A DNA stretch of 63,460 bases, filler included, from Octopus bimaculoides (GCF_001194135.2; 6 parts of 5 records of this genome joined end to end with filler, not necessarily neighbours in it); one strand, 5' to 3'. Positions 38,181 to 50,589 are shown, counted from the whole stretch's first letter. Numbers and translations are program-made. Notes: generated from the letters alone by a model not told the origin.

Positions 38181-40411
38181 CATAAGAACTATACCTCCTA
38201 ATATATCGATACTCCTGTGTCATGATAGAAAGTAAACTTGAATCTCAAAAATATCGATATTCCCGTGTCATGGCAGCGATCGAAAATACAACATCCAATG
38301 CTTCGGTACTCCTTGACTAACAGATATCGGAAACATTCCTCTGTCGTGATAGTGGTCGAAAATATGGTGTTTGCAAACGCAAATAGTTTTGTTTTCGGTT
38401 TCGATCTCACAGCACCGCAGCATGAAAATGTCTCTTCGTCCATAGACTTCGGTTGGTGTTTGATTTAGAAGTGAAATTAGATGGGTTTGTATAGCAAGGA
38501 CTGGCGATACAAACTAGAAAATAGAACTAAGAACATTATATATTTTATTGCTAAAATCGGCACAAAACTAGCGGATCTTGAATCGCCTTGTTACTTCTAC
38601 CGATTTAAAATGTGTGAGGGGTGCGTGTGTGTGTGTGCGTGTGTTTGTGTCAGTGTGAATGTATACACACACACACACACGCATATATATATACTTGTTT
38701 GTAAACGTACATACACATATACATATCTATAAATACATACATGCAGTATATATATATGTATTCATGTATAAAGTCTATATTTGAGTCGATGGTCAGATCA
38801 TTTGGTTCTGTTGATAACTAACCAAATTATTAAGGATCTCTTAACTTGCCCTTCTCAATGTTCCAAGAGAGAATCGCAGAAAGCTACTTATTAAAATTGA
38901 TAATAAAATTGTACTAAGCACATATAATTTGCATAATGATGCGAAATTAACGATCTTACATTATTACTGGAGTACCAATCTAGTATGGGTTATAAATAAA
39001 TAGTTATACGTAACCATATTACAAATTTGTTTGAGAACCATTTAGTTAAGGTAGGCTAAGGGTGAAGTCCAGAAAGTTTGTTTTCAGACTTGATGGAAAA
39101 TTAAGCCCTAGTGGGCCTTTTCAGCTGCCTAGGGTGAAGATCGAATAGTCGAGTGGTTTCATTCTTACTTAATCACTCATCAGAATCAATTGACCTCCTG
39201 CTCCCAAGACGTCGAGGTAATGTAACGAAAGGCTACTTATAGCCTTTGTTTAATGTTTCTTCCCCATCAGACAGGCGTGCGACAGATGGCATTTCATTCA
39301 ATAAGGAGAGATTCCTTGAAAATGAAACAAAACAAGTAGAAATATATAAAACAGAACAAAAGAAATGAAATAATTACGATGGCGTATTGCATTACTGTAC
39401 GAGTGAACGCATGTTGTTGTATAACATGTACTTCCGGTAGCGAGATCGAGTTTCTTCTTATCGCCATAAAATCCACCATGTAAAATTAATTTTGCGTGAC
39501 AGAATCTCAATATGATTTCCGTTCTTTTCTGTATCTCCAGGTTAAAAATAATAAATGAATATATATACAACATTTCCTTATTAAAATGCCATTTAACGAA
39601 GGCCAAGACTGTGTGGTTATTTAAGTAAGTGGTTATATAGACATTGAAATTATATACTCGTACAACTAAATAAATATATTGAGACTGCTGACATTACTGC
39701 TACAATAATTGAATGCTATATACTTTTTATACGCTGTAAATTAATACACACATATATAGCACTGACATACATTCTCGTAGATGAGTGAGCGTTATATATA
39801 TATANNNNNNNNNNNNNNNNNNNNNNNNNNNNNNNNNNNNNNNNNNNNTTAATTAATTAANNNNNNNNNNNNNNNNNNNNNNNNNNNNNNNNNNNNNNNN
39901 NNNNGGGTCGATGAAATAAGAAGCCATTGATCGCGAAATTGCAGGCCTTGTGCTAAAACCGGAAACTAATAATAATTTTGCCTCTAAAATTACTACCGTC
40001 AACAGAAACAACAGTACAACCACCAGCACCATTACAACAACAACAACCATCTCCATCAATTTTTGCTCCCACGATAAAGCTCCTTATCAAGTTTAAGAAT
40101 TTGAAGAACGATTACTCTGAGAGAAAAAGCCTCGTTCTCAAATATTATAACGGCGTATATTACACAAATTCCTTTCACCGAGCAATGAAAATCTAACCAA
40201 CTTTGCTTGCTCGTCGTGTTTACAAAGAGTTTCAAAATAGAGTCGGATCTTTTCTATACTTAATAACAGTTGTTCCACACAAACCAAGAAATCCAGATGG
40301 GCTAAACACGCTGGAGGTGGTGGTGATGATGGTTATAGTGGTGGTCGTCGTAGTGGTAGCGCTGGACGTGGAGGTGATGGTAGTAGTCGTAAAGGTGGTG
40401 GTAATATTTTT

Positions 40412-40750
40412 TTTCTCCTCTAGGCACAAAGCCCGAAATTTTTGGGGAGGATCAAGTCGATTGGTCGACCCCAGTACGCAACTGGTACTTAATTTATCGA
40501 CTCCGAAAGGATGAGCGGCAAAGTTGACCGCGGTGGAATTTGAACTCAGAACTTTAAGACAGACAAAATTTCTTTACTGCCCACAAGGGACTACACACAG
40601 AGGGGACAAACAAGGACAGACAAAGAGATTAAGTCGATTATATCGACCCCAGTGCGTAACTGGTACTTAATTTATCGACCCCGAAATGATGAAAGGCAAA
40701 GTCGACCTCGGCGGAATTTGAACTCAGAACGTAACGGCAAACGAAATACC
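40412..40750 (-). mobile_element. Two tandem 5'-truncated SINE family C copies with different tails
   Basis: 40412-40572 (tail ctaggcacaaagcccgaaatt) and 40573-40750 (tail tttactgcccacaagggactacacacagagggg), both with cgaccccagt...ggtacttaatttatcgac...atttgaactcagaac. Confidence 0.85.
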
Positions 40751-41028
40751 TCGGGTAGTGATGATATTAGTAAAAGAGTAGTAGTGGCTTATGTGGTTGT
40801 GGTGTAGTAGTAGTACTGGTTTAGGAGGTGTTAGCGGTAGAAGCGATAATAGTGGTGGTAATGGTGATGGCGGTGATCATAGTTGTAGTTATAGTAGTAG
40901 TGACCGCCATCACCATTACCACCACTATTATCGCTTCTACCGCTAACACCTCCAAAACCACTATTACTACTACACCACAACCACAAAAGCCACTACTACT
41001 CTTTTACTAATATTACCACCACCTGAGG
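40749..41028. repeat. Inverted duplication (about 125-bp arms, about 28-nt loop)
   Basis: Left arm cctcgggtagtgatgatattagtaaaagag...gatggcggt; right arm accgccatc...ctcttttactaatattaccaccacctgagg. Confidence 0.9.
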
Positions 41029-41215
41029 CGGCGAGCTAGCAGAAGCGTTAGCACGCCGGGCGAAGTGCTTAGCGGTATTTCGTCTGCCGTAAGGTTCTGA
41101 GTTCAAATTCCACCGAGGTCGACTTTGCCTTTCATCCTTTCGGGGTCGATAAATTAAGTACCAGTTGCGTACTGGGGTTCATATAATCGACTTGAACCCC
41201 CACCCACCCTACAAC
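41026..41215 (+). mobile_element. SINE family C, CpG-intact copy
   Basis: ggcggcgagctagcagaagcgttagcacgccgggcg...ttctgagttcaaattcc...gcctttcatcctttcggggtcgataaattaagtaccag. Confidence 0.9.
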
Positions 41216-41510
41216 CTAGAGGTTGTAGTAGTGATGCAAGTGGTTTTGGTGGCGATAGTGGTGGTAGTGGATGATGTTGCGGCGGCGGCGGCGGCTGTGG
41301 CGATGGCAGTTGTAATGGTCTTGTCTTTGTTGTTGCCACATTTAACAGTACCAGTGATGGTGCAAATGTAATACAGATGTTGAGGCTAGAATGTAAAGAG
41401 GGATAATGCTTAATATTTCTGCTAAAAACGAGATGTTAATGTATAAACATTTGCAACCATGGAATATTTACTATAGGGTGAGTAAAAGCGTACTCACGCC
41501 GCTATATGTA

Positions 41511-41737
41511 TTGGGTTGTCCGGAAAGTTCGTGCCGATTTATAGTAGCTTACCTTTCGATTTATTTGCCATGAAACCACCACAATTTTGGAAAGAGGTAT
41601 TTTCAAGTTAAAGGAAAGATGGAGACGCATTGTGCAACGAAATGGTTCGTATTTGGTTGATTAAAATGTAATGGCAAGTATTTATTGACCTTCTTTTTTT
41701 CCTTTAAAAATCGACACGAACTTTCCGGACAACCCAA
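41511..41737 (+). mobile_element. Internally deleted mariner element (227 bp, MITE-like)
   Basis: 30-bp TIRs ttgggttgtccggaaagttcgtg(c/t)cgattt (1 mismatch) flanked by TA; interior encodes a frameshifted mariner transposase C-terminus KPPQFW..RGIFKLKERWRRIVQRNGSYLVD*. Confidence 0.9.
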
Positions 41738-41739
41738 TA

Positions 41740-42089
41740 TATATAAATATAAAAAGTGGTACAAAGAAGCAATAGAGGACAATAAAATATGCAGACAGAT
41801 AGACGATACGAAGGCGCACAGGAAAAAAAAACAATTAGAGGGACAGGAAAAAAATGACATGTTATTCGTAGTCTTCTTTCGTCAGTCAAATTACCAGATG
41901 TCCTTACAGTTTCGGACTAAGGATATCTGGTAACTTGACTGACGAAAGAAGACTATGAATGACCCTCCCTTTTTTTTTACCTGTCCTTCTAATTATTGTT
42001 ATTCCTGTCCGACTTTGTATCGTCTATCTGTCTGAATGTTTTATTGTCCTCTATTGCGCTTTTGTACCATATTGTATATCTATATATAC
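41740..42089. mobile_element. Long foldback palindrome (about 170-bp arms), MITE-like, in TA-rich flanks
   Basis: tggtacaaagaagcaatagaggacaataaaa...cagatagacgatac pairs with gtatcgtctatctg...ttttattgtcctctattgc...tgtacca; inner 46-bp stem 41861-41963 with an 11-nt loop. Confidence 0.88.
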
Positions 42090-42409
42090 ATATAGCGGCG
42101 TACGTACACTTTTGCTCACCTATATATATATATATATATATATNNNNNNNNNNNNNNNNNNNNNNNNNNNNNNNNNNNNNNNNNNNNNNNNNNNNNNNNN
42201 NNNNNNNNNNNNNNNNNNNNNNNNNNNNNNNNNNNNNNNNNNNNNNNNNNNNNNNNNNNNNNNNNNNNNNNNNNNNNNNNNNNNNNNNNNNNNNNNNNNN
42301 NNNNNNNNNNNNNNNNNNNNNNNNNNNNNNNNNNNNNNNNNNNNNNNNNNNNNNNNNNNNNNNNNNNNNNNNNNNNNNNNNNNNNNNNNNNTATATATAT
42401 ACATGCGTG

Positions 42410-42625
42410 TCTTTGTGTCTGTGTTTGTCCCCCACCATCGTTTGACAACCGGTGTTAGTGTGGTTAGGCCCTGTAGCTTAGCATTTCGGCAAAAGAGACC
42501 GACAGAAAAAATTGCAGGATTTGCAAAAAAGTTAAATACTTGTGTCGATTCATTCGACTAAACATTTTTAAAGCAGTGCCCCAGCATGGTCGCAGTCCAA
42601 CGATTGAAAGATATAAAGGATCAAA
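42410..42625 (+). mobile_element. SINE family A tail
   Basis: tttgtcccccaccatcgtttgacaacc...gcagtgccccagcatggtcgcagtc. Confidence 0.75.
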
Positions 42626-43323
42626 AAAAGAAGAGAGAGAGAGAGATTTATATTGCACAACCTGGTCCAGTAATTGAACCGTTGAAGTCGCAATCGTGAG
42701 TACAACACCCGAACATCTACACCATCACCAGCCATAAAAATAATACGTAGAAGACAAGAAACGCGTGCAAGACACCATAGAGAATTACGAAGCAATATAA
42801 TCAGGACTAAAAGAATGAGGATTTCAAGCATGAGATTGCACTTTACAAAACAAAATGTGATACTAATATTCCGTGTACCTTTAGGCATAGCATTTAATAG
42901 GGTAGAAGTAAGATTAACCATGACAGAGACTAAAACAAGGTTGGAATATTATATACATACAGCATTGTTTTTTTTATTGTTTGTCTTGTTAAAAGATATC
43001 TGGAATATTAGATGATAGCGCCCTAGCGTAAACGACAATCAAAATTAGCATAAAATGCATTAAGACCCAAGATTACTGGTCGTAATTTGGTCATAAATAC
43101 AACTATATCCCGAACAAGATCCTATAACCGATAGAGCAAATTACAGTAGTAGTAGTAGTAGTGGTGGTGGTGGTGTTGATAGTGGTGGTGGTGGTGGTGG
43201 TAGTGCTGGTGGTGGTGGTGCTGNNNNNNNNNNNNNNNNNNNNNNNNNNNNNNNNNNNNNNNNNNNNTTAATTAATTAANNNNNNNNNNNNNNNNNNNNN
43301 NNNNNNNNNNNNNNNNNNNNNNN

Positions 43324-43653
43324 CTCATCTAAATTGATTCGCTCCCTAATTAGTTGGGCTATGACCCTCTCCGTAACTTTCATAACCTGATCTAACAGCT
43401 TGATGCCTCTGTAATTATTTGTATCTAAAGCGTCACCTTTACCTTTGTAGCAGTTGACTATGGTGCTGCTACACCAGTCATTGGGTATGACTCCTTCGTG
43501 TATCACCTGGTTCGTAATACGGGTGACTAGGCTGTAGCCAACACTGCCAGATATTTTGAGCATCTCTGCAGTGATTCCTGATGGGCCGGGGGCTTTCCCT
43601 GTCTTCATACTCTTAATTGCTTTATCTACCCTGGTACTGTCAACTCGGATAGC
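43324..43653 (-). mobile_element. RTE-clade LINE reverse transcriptase fragment (open frame)
   Basis: VDKAIKSMKTGKAPGPSGITAEMLK...IPNDWCSSTIVNCYKGKGDALDTNNYRGIKLL...KVTERVI, the N-terminal RT subdomain motifs of non-LTR elements; truncated by a scaffold join. Confidence 0.9.
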
Positions 43654-44019
43654 TATATATATATATATCAGTTTTGCTTTACATTCATTTTTAGTTGCTA
43701 GCATAAGTTGGACATTTTTGTGTGTATATGGATTTTATGGCATTTTAGAAGCCATGAAATACATGTTTATATTTTTGGAAACTTAGTAAAGTTGAAAGGA
43801 TGTGAGTCTGCAATAAAAGCTAGATTTAATTTCAGTACCCAAGGATTTAATGCTTAATCTAAAGCACTAAACAGAACAAGTATTGATTTATAACATAGTC
43901 AGCAAGACCACAAATAATACAGAAGGAAAAAAAAAGTTGATCTATCAACACAAGTAGGCACTACTTTTGAACATCACTTTTGAACATCATGATAGGCACT
44001 ACTTTTGAACACCATCCTC

Positions 44020-44260
44020 ATCATCATTGTTTAACGTCCCTCTTCTGTGCATACATGGGTAGGATGGTTGACAGGAGTCAGCCAGGTAGAAAAACTACCC
44101 TGGGCTACTGTGTCTGTTTTGACAGGGTTTTTAGAACTGGATGCACTTCCTAACACCAACCACTCTGCAGAGTGGACTCAATGCTTTTTACGTGGCATTA
44201 GCACAGGCAAGCTTAGTTTTGGCATGATTTTTTACAGCTGGATGCCCTTCCAAATACCAA
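44020..44260 (-). mobile_element. RTE 3'-UTR element (family D)
   Basis: catcatcattgtttaacgtcc...ctggatgcacttcctaacaccaaccactc; reverse of 52560-52760. Confidence 0.7.
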
Positions 44261-44997
44261 CCACTTTACCTGGATCAATATTGACAGTAGTTGATCTTGC
44301 AGCATAAAGGAATACAAGAAAATACTTTCAGACATTTTGTCCACCAACCAATTTTGTTAAAGCACTGCCCTTAACATGCTAGACAAATCATCAGGATAAG
44401 GTCTACTATCAAATTTCAGTGTCTGAATTAGTCATTAGTTCACATTTAGGTTTTCAGCTTAAAAGTTCATTGGCTATCTTTGTAACCAAACATAGTAAAT
44501 CCTGGCACAGACATTTGTTACTAATATTTGAGTGACTTTTATTTTTGAACATATTTTCACTCTGTTCCAGAATATTGTACTTTGGTACACTGTAGGTACA
44601 TCAATTTTTTCTTCATGTCTTCAGTGCACTTTGCACGCTTATATGTGCCCAGTTGCACTATTCTCTCCATACTGTATATGGGTGTAAGGCCAAGGGTTTA
44701 TTTATATATTTGTTGGCATCTCTATTAAATTTGCTTCTTTCATTATTGAGGTTGTGGATTTATAGAGTACAGTACCAGATGTAATGCCTAAGGTATTTAG
44801 TTACAACCCTTTACATTCTGAGTTCAAATCCTGCTGTTTATTCAATTTCTTCTTTTTCTTTTTCTTCATAACCATGTCCTTCCACTTATACTGTTTTGGA
44901 AATCTCTTCTGACTCCAACTGGGATAGCCACAGTCTTTTCATGATAAAATCTTTCTGGTTTAGAAATCTTTGTTCTGTGATAAGGAATATGCCTGAG

Positions 44998-45205
44998 GGC
45001 AGCAAGCTGGCAGAATTGTTAGCACACCAGGTGAAATACTTAGCGGTATTTCATGTCTTCGCATTCTGAGTTCAAATTCTACCGAGGTCAACTTTACCTT
45101 TCATCCTTTTGGGATCGATAAAATAAGTATAAGTTGGTAACTGTGGGGGTCAATGTAACTGACTATCCCCATCCCCAAAATTTCAGGCCTTGTGCCTATA
45201 GTAGA
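44998..45205 (+). mobile_element. SINE family C, CpG-decayed copy
   Basis: gcagcaagctggcagaattgttagcacaccaggtgaaatacttagc...ctgagttcaaattc. Confidence 0.85.
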
Positions 45206-45244
<39 letters not shown>

Positions 45245-46279
45245 CATTATTATTATTATTAACTGCAACATCACTGAAGTTTGGAGATGTAGATTTACTT
45301 ACACTATATTCTTAGTAACAATATCTGTTAGTTTTCCTTCAAACTTTCCTATAAAAGCACAATGTGTACAAGAGAGTGCTCAATACTGAAAACAGAGTTA
45401 TATATTATATCTTATTGAAACTGAAATTTCACAAATCATTACTCTGAGCTTTTCATTCTGAATCATTAAATGATTATGAGAAATGAAACATTAGAAAGAT
45501 AGTTAAAAGACATTAATTTGCATAGATATTCAAGTAACACAATGGAAATATTTAAATGTTTAGACAAATTTTGAATGATAAAATTGTAACAAAAAGAGCT
45601 TACTGAGTGGCATACAAACATATACGAAATAAATGAAGAGGTAGAATGGACAGGTATGTCAGTTAGAAAAGGAGGATGAAAAAAAGTAAGTAAAAAAAAA
45701 TGAAAAAACTGTATACAGAAAAGCAAAAAATATATATAAAAATATAGAATATATGAAAAGGTAAATATGAAAGATATAAATATATGAATGTATTAAAGGG
45801 AAAGAAAAATGAGAAGGGTTTTTCAAAATTTTGAAAAAGAATACAGAGAGAAAGATAATGTGTGTATGTTTGTGAGTACATGTGAGCAAAAAAAAAAAAT
45901 CGTCACATTGCACAAGGGAAATAATCCAGATGTGTAAAACTGGAATATTGAAAAAATTGGAAGTAAGGAAGAAAAGGAAGACGGGAAAAAGACAAGTAAA
46001 AGATTCAATTGTATAGAGAAAGAAATCAAAGTTAAATAAATAATTAGTAAGTAAATATTTCAAAGCATGTTTACAACTTAAAAATTCAGACATTTCATTT
46101 AATATGTGTCAGTCACAAAGTAAAATGAAAAGCTACTCACTTAGACATAATTTACAATGCAAGTTTAAACAGAAGGTTCAATGTTTATACGGCACAGCTT
46201 GCTCTAGAAGATACTATTCTATTTTCAATACAAATAGGCTAGATCATTTCAAAATTCAAATACACTTGAACAAACTTTT

Positions 46280-46430
46280 TTCTTTTACTTGTTTCAGTCA
46301 TTTGACTGTGGCCATGCTGGAGCACTGCCTTTAGCCGAACAAATCAACCCCAACTAAGTTATGGCGACAGCATCAGTTGTCAAGCGATGATGGGAGGACA
46401 AACACAGACACACAAATACATACATACATA
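46280..46430 (-). mobile_element. SINE family A tail
   Basis: ttgtttcagtcatttgactgtggccatgctggagcactgcc. Confidence 0.8.
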
Positions 46431-47519
46431 TATATATAAAGAAGCCTGTCATATATATATATATATATATATANNNNNNNNNNNNNNNNNNNNNNNNNNN
46501 NNNNNNNNNNNNNNNNNNNNNNNNNNNNNNNNNNNNNNNNNNNNNNNNNNNNNNNNNNNNNNNNNNNNNNNNNNNNNNNNNNNNNNNNNNNNNNNNNNNN
46601 NNNNNNNNNNNNNNNNNNNNNNNNNNNNNNNNNNNNNNNNNNNNNNNNNNNNNNNNNNNNNNNNNNNNNNNNNNNNNNNNNNNNNNNNNNNNNNNNNNNN
46701 NNNNNNNNNNNNNNNNNNNNNNNNNNNNNNNNNNNNNNNNNNNNNNNNNNNNNNNNNNNNNNNNNNNNNNNNNNNNNNNNNNNNNNNNNNNNNNNNNNNN
46801 NNNNNNNNNNNNNNNNNNNNNNNNNNNNNNNNNNNNNNNNNNNNNNNNNNNNNNNNNNNNNNNNNNNNNNNNNNNNNNNNNNNNNNNNNNNNNNNNNNNN
46901 NNNNNNNNNNNNNNNNNNNNNNNNNNNNNNNNNNNNNNNNNNNNNNNNNNNNNNNNNNNNNNNNNNNNNNNNNNNNNNNNNNNNNNNNNNNNNNNNNNNN
47001 NNNNNNNNNNNNNNNNNNNNNNNNNNNNNNNNNNNNNNNNNNNNNNNNNNNNNNNNNNNNNNNNNNNNNNNNNNNNNNNNNNNNNNNNNNNNNNNNNNNN
47101 NNNNNNNNNNNNNNNNNNNNNNNNNNNNNNNNNNNNNNNNNNNNNNNNNNNNNNNNNNNNNNNNNNNNNNNNNNNNNNNNNNNNNNNNNNNNNNNNNNNN
47201 NNNNNNNNNNNNNNNNNNNNNNNNNNNNNNNNNNNNNNNNNNNNNNNNNNNNNNNNNNNNNNNNNNNNNNNNNNNNNNNNNNNNNNNNNNNNNNNNNNNN
47301 NNNNNNNNNNNNNNNNNNNNNNNNNNNNNNNNNNNNNNNNNNNNNNNNNNNNNNNNNNNNNNNNAGGGGTAAGAGCTCTCTAAACTTAGCCCAGGCTATT
47401 CTTATTCTAGCAGCTACACTTTCAGCGCACCCACCCCCACTACTAACTTGGTCGCCCAGATAGCGGAAGCTATCGACTACCTCTAGTCTTTCACCCTGGA
47501 ATGAGATAGAAGTTGTTTC

Positions 47520-47692
47520 CTGTTTGTTTACAGTCTTCTTTCAGTTTCCATCTACCAAATCCACTTACAAGGCTTTGGTCAACCCGAGGCTATAGTAGAA
47601 GACACTTGCCCAAGATGCCACCCAGTGAGACTGAACCCGGAACCATATGGTTGAGGAGCAAGCTTCTTACCACACAGCCATTCCTGTGCCTG
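47520..47692 (-). mobile_element. SINE family A head
   Basis: ttcagtttccatctaccaaatccac...cttaccacacagcca. Confidence 0.85.
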
Positions 47693-48516
47693 TTGAAAAT
47701 TATTATCATCATTATCACCATCATCATCGTTTAATGTTTGCCTTCCATACAGGCATGGGTTGAAAATGAGCACACACACACACACACATACATCCACACA
47801 TGTTACTGGGTTAGCAGCTGATAATTCAAGAAGCCATTATTTTGAGTTTTATAAGCATAAAAGAAAATGTTTAATCAACTAGATATCCATAAGTGGAGCC
47901 TTAGATGTATGCAACTTATTGAAAAGTGGCAAACCTGATTCCCATTGACCAGGTAACAATGACAGAAATCATTCAGACTGCTAATGTAAAACACTGCAAA
48001 GTCTATTAGAATTGACGAGGACAGGGAGAGTTAATTCCTTGGTTTACCCTGACATTAATTTGATTGAAACTGATGAAGGAAGAAAACTCACTTGCAACAA
48101 TTAGTAATCACTTCACAATTTTTTTCCTTTTCTTTTTTTTTTGTAAGGCTGCTTCACAATATGCAGTTTCTCAGACAAGCAGAGGCTACAATTAAGTAAT
48201 CTGCTAGGGGATAGATGGACACTTTTGATAATCATTTATGTTGCAGCAAATCAGTCACCTCCTCTTTTTCTTTTTTTTTTTTTTAGCTTGTAAATAAAGT
48301 AAGACAGAGATGGTGATTTCACCATGTTTCAGGACCTAGAAGAATGAAGATGTTGGTTATACCCCATTTTGAGGTCAGTGACAGTAAGCCTCTATAATTT
48401 CTCTGGATATTATCAGGTAGGATGAGTACTACAGTTTTGGAGAGGCAGTGTCCTATCCACTGGCAAGGAACTTCATTTCAGCAGTTACAAATTAGTCGCT
48501 GGAGTAAGGGATGTCA

Positions 48517-48930
48517 TCATCATCATCATCATCATCATTTAATGTCTGTTTTCCATGCTGGCATGGGTGGGACGGTTTGACAGCAGCTGGCAAGGCTGGT
48601 AGGACCACACTAGGTTCTGTTGTCTGTTCTGGCATGGTTTCTACAGCCGGACATCCTTCCTAATGTCAACCACTTTACAGAAAGTACTGGGTACTTTTTA
48701 TGTGGCACTAGCACCAGTGCTTTTTATGTGACACTATCACCAGTATCAATTCTGTGGAGGGATCTTCTTCAATACAGCAAGGTACCAGATGTCTTGGTCT
48801 TTTATCACTTCCTTCATAAGGCTCAGTGTCTTGAGATCAGCCTTTAATGGTTCATCCCATGTTTTCTTGGATCTCCCTCTTCTATGAGTTCATCTACATT
48901 AAGTGATTGGCAGTTCTGTACACAACAATC
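48517..48930 (-). mobile_element. RTE LINE 3' end (ORF2 C-terminus plus 3' UTR)
   Basis: Minus strand encodes RGRSKKTWDEPLKADLKTLSLMKEVIKDQDIWYLAVLKK followed by the family D UTR and a (GAT)n tail. Confidence 0.8.
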
Positions 48931-49149
48931 CAAGAAGCAATTCTTTCTTAATAAGAACACCTAACATTATCTGTGTTGAAGAGTTTGTGGTATTTGTGTA
49001 TAGTTCAAAAGTTGCACTTTACAAGAAACAGGAACTTCTCGGCATTGTAAATAATGATGTCTAAATTATGGGGTAGAGGAAATAAACTAGATTACTTACT
49101 GCTTCTAGACACTCATTGCATGCGGGACAGGTAAGGGAATTTCCTAAAT

Positions 49150-49610
49150 AAACTAACTTCTCACCAGAATAACTCCTAGCTAGCATGCTGTCATATTAGG
49201 GAGCTGCTCTGTTGAAAATTTTCAAAAGGGGATAAGTAAGAGACTCACCTGCTAATATCTGCTACCAGGTTCCTAATTATTAGAGTTCTTGTGGCTCCCT
49301 ATAAGAGTAGTATTTGCCTAAGACCTAATATAACAACTAGAAAAATAACTATTATTAGAATGGTGGTGATAGTTATATTTAGTTATATTTAAGCCAATCT
49401 TCTTGAGTATGACTGTCAGGTCCATTTGAATGGTGTTGCCATTCAAATTGCATGAATGTTAATATCACTGAATAAATTTGAGATGGCAGGAGGCATAGGT
49501 TTCTTTTTGAGGGCATCAAGGTTAAGTAATTCTATGACATCAGCTGCATCACTCTGTCATAGCTTCCCATAGAAGTATCAAGCAGTGAGTCAACCTCTTT
49601 TTGACCCAGT
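49150..49610 (-). mobile_element. Decayed Penelope-like retroelement RT fragment
   Basis: Fragmented minus-strand translation SMGSYD..ADVIELL, KKIGLNIT, GKYYSYREP, IIRNLVADISR.VSYLS, IFNRAAP.Y; motif order resembles Penelope-like RT. Confidence 0.5.
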
Positions 49611-50589
49611 AGGAATTCAAATAATATGAGTATACACACACACACACATTTCTAGGTTGGCAGTTGGTTATTCAAATAACCATTAAATGTACAAAGTACA
49701 TGTCTAATGAATCAGATGTCCATGATAATTGAAACTTATCTGTTATCATTCTAAGGTCAAGGTTACTTTTTCTAGCAAATTGTATTCATGAGGACAAAGG
49801 TATATTTCAGAATATATGGAGTGCTTTTCAGCTAAATCCAAGGCCACAAATATGATGGTTTTGAAACAAGAGATATGCCACTAGTCAAAAAGTAGTCAAA
49901 AGAAGTGCCTATAATTCCCATTACAAATTCCAAAACCATATGGTAATATCCATTTAAATTTCAAGGAAGTAGTGAAGTAAGTACATGCTCTTTTGATCCA
50001 TTTGAAAAACCACAACATGTAATACTCATGTCAAATGTTGAATGTGCATGTATCACCTTGCTACACCCTAACAAGATGGGATAAGATTGGTTTCTTGTGA
50101 CACCTTATAAGAAGGTGGAATAAAAATACTGTTGACACCCTTATGATATTAGTACATCTACAAAATTTAGGCAGTTTTTCACAAAAAGAGGTAAAAATCA
50201 GAAAGGTATGAATGGACTAGATTAGAGGCAGGAAGAAAAAATAAGAAAGAGGAAGTTGGTTAAGGAAAGAAAGTGAAGAAACAGAAGTAAGAGAAGGGAA
50301 AGAAAGAATGGTCGGAAGAGAGAGACAAAGAGGAACAGAATGAAGTATAAGGAAGAGATATACAGAAAATGTTAGGCTGTGCCAGAACATGAATGTCATT
50401 AATCTTGAACACTATTGTAGAGAGAGGGCGCTAGTGTTTAACCAGTTTGAATAAGGCATACAGCCAGAAGAATTCTTCTCCTCAACATAGTTGCTCCTAA
50501 TTGTGGTCACCAAGTAATATCAAACTAATAGTGGAACTTGAGGCAGTTCAACGCTGTTACACAAAGAAGATTGATGAGGTCTTGAAAAT

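Noticed and set aside
45303-45385. In-frame TGA (Y*ALSCTHC) as selenocysteine
   Set aside because: No known selenoprotein motif is recognised and no SECIS is identifiable; a shorter acceptor avoids the stop.
49244-49330. Strong minus-strand donor CAG|GTGAGT with a RATRTLIIRNL-like frame (RRM-like)
   Set aside because: The sequence is better explained as part of the decayed Penelope-like RT; upstream frames contain stops.
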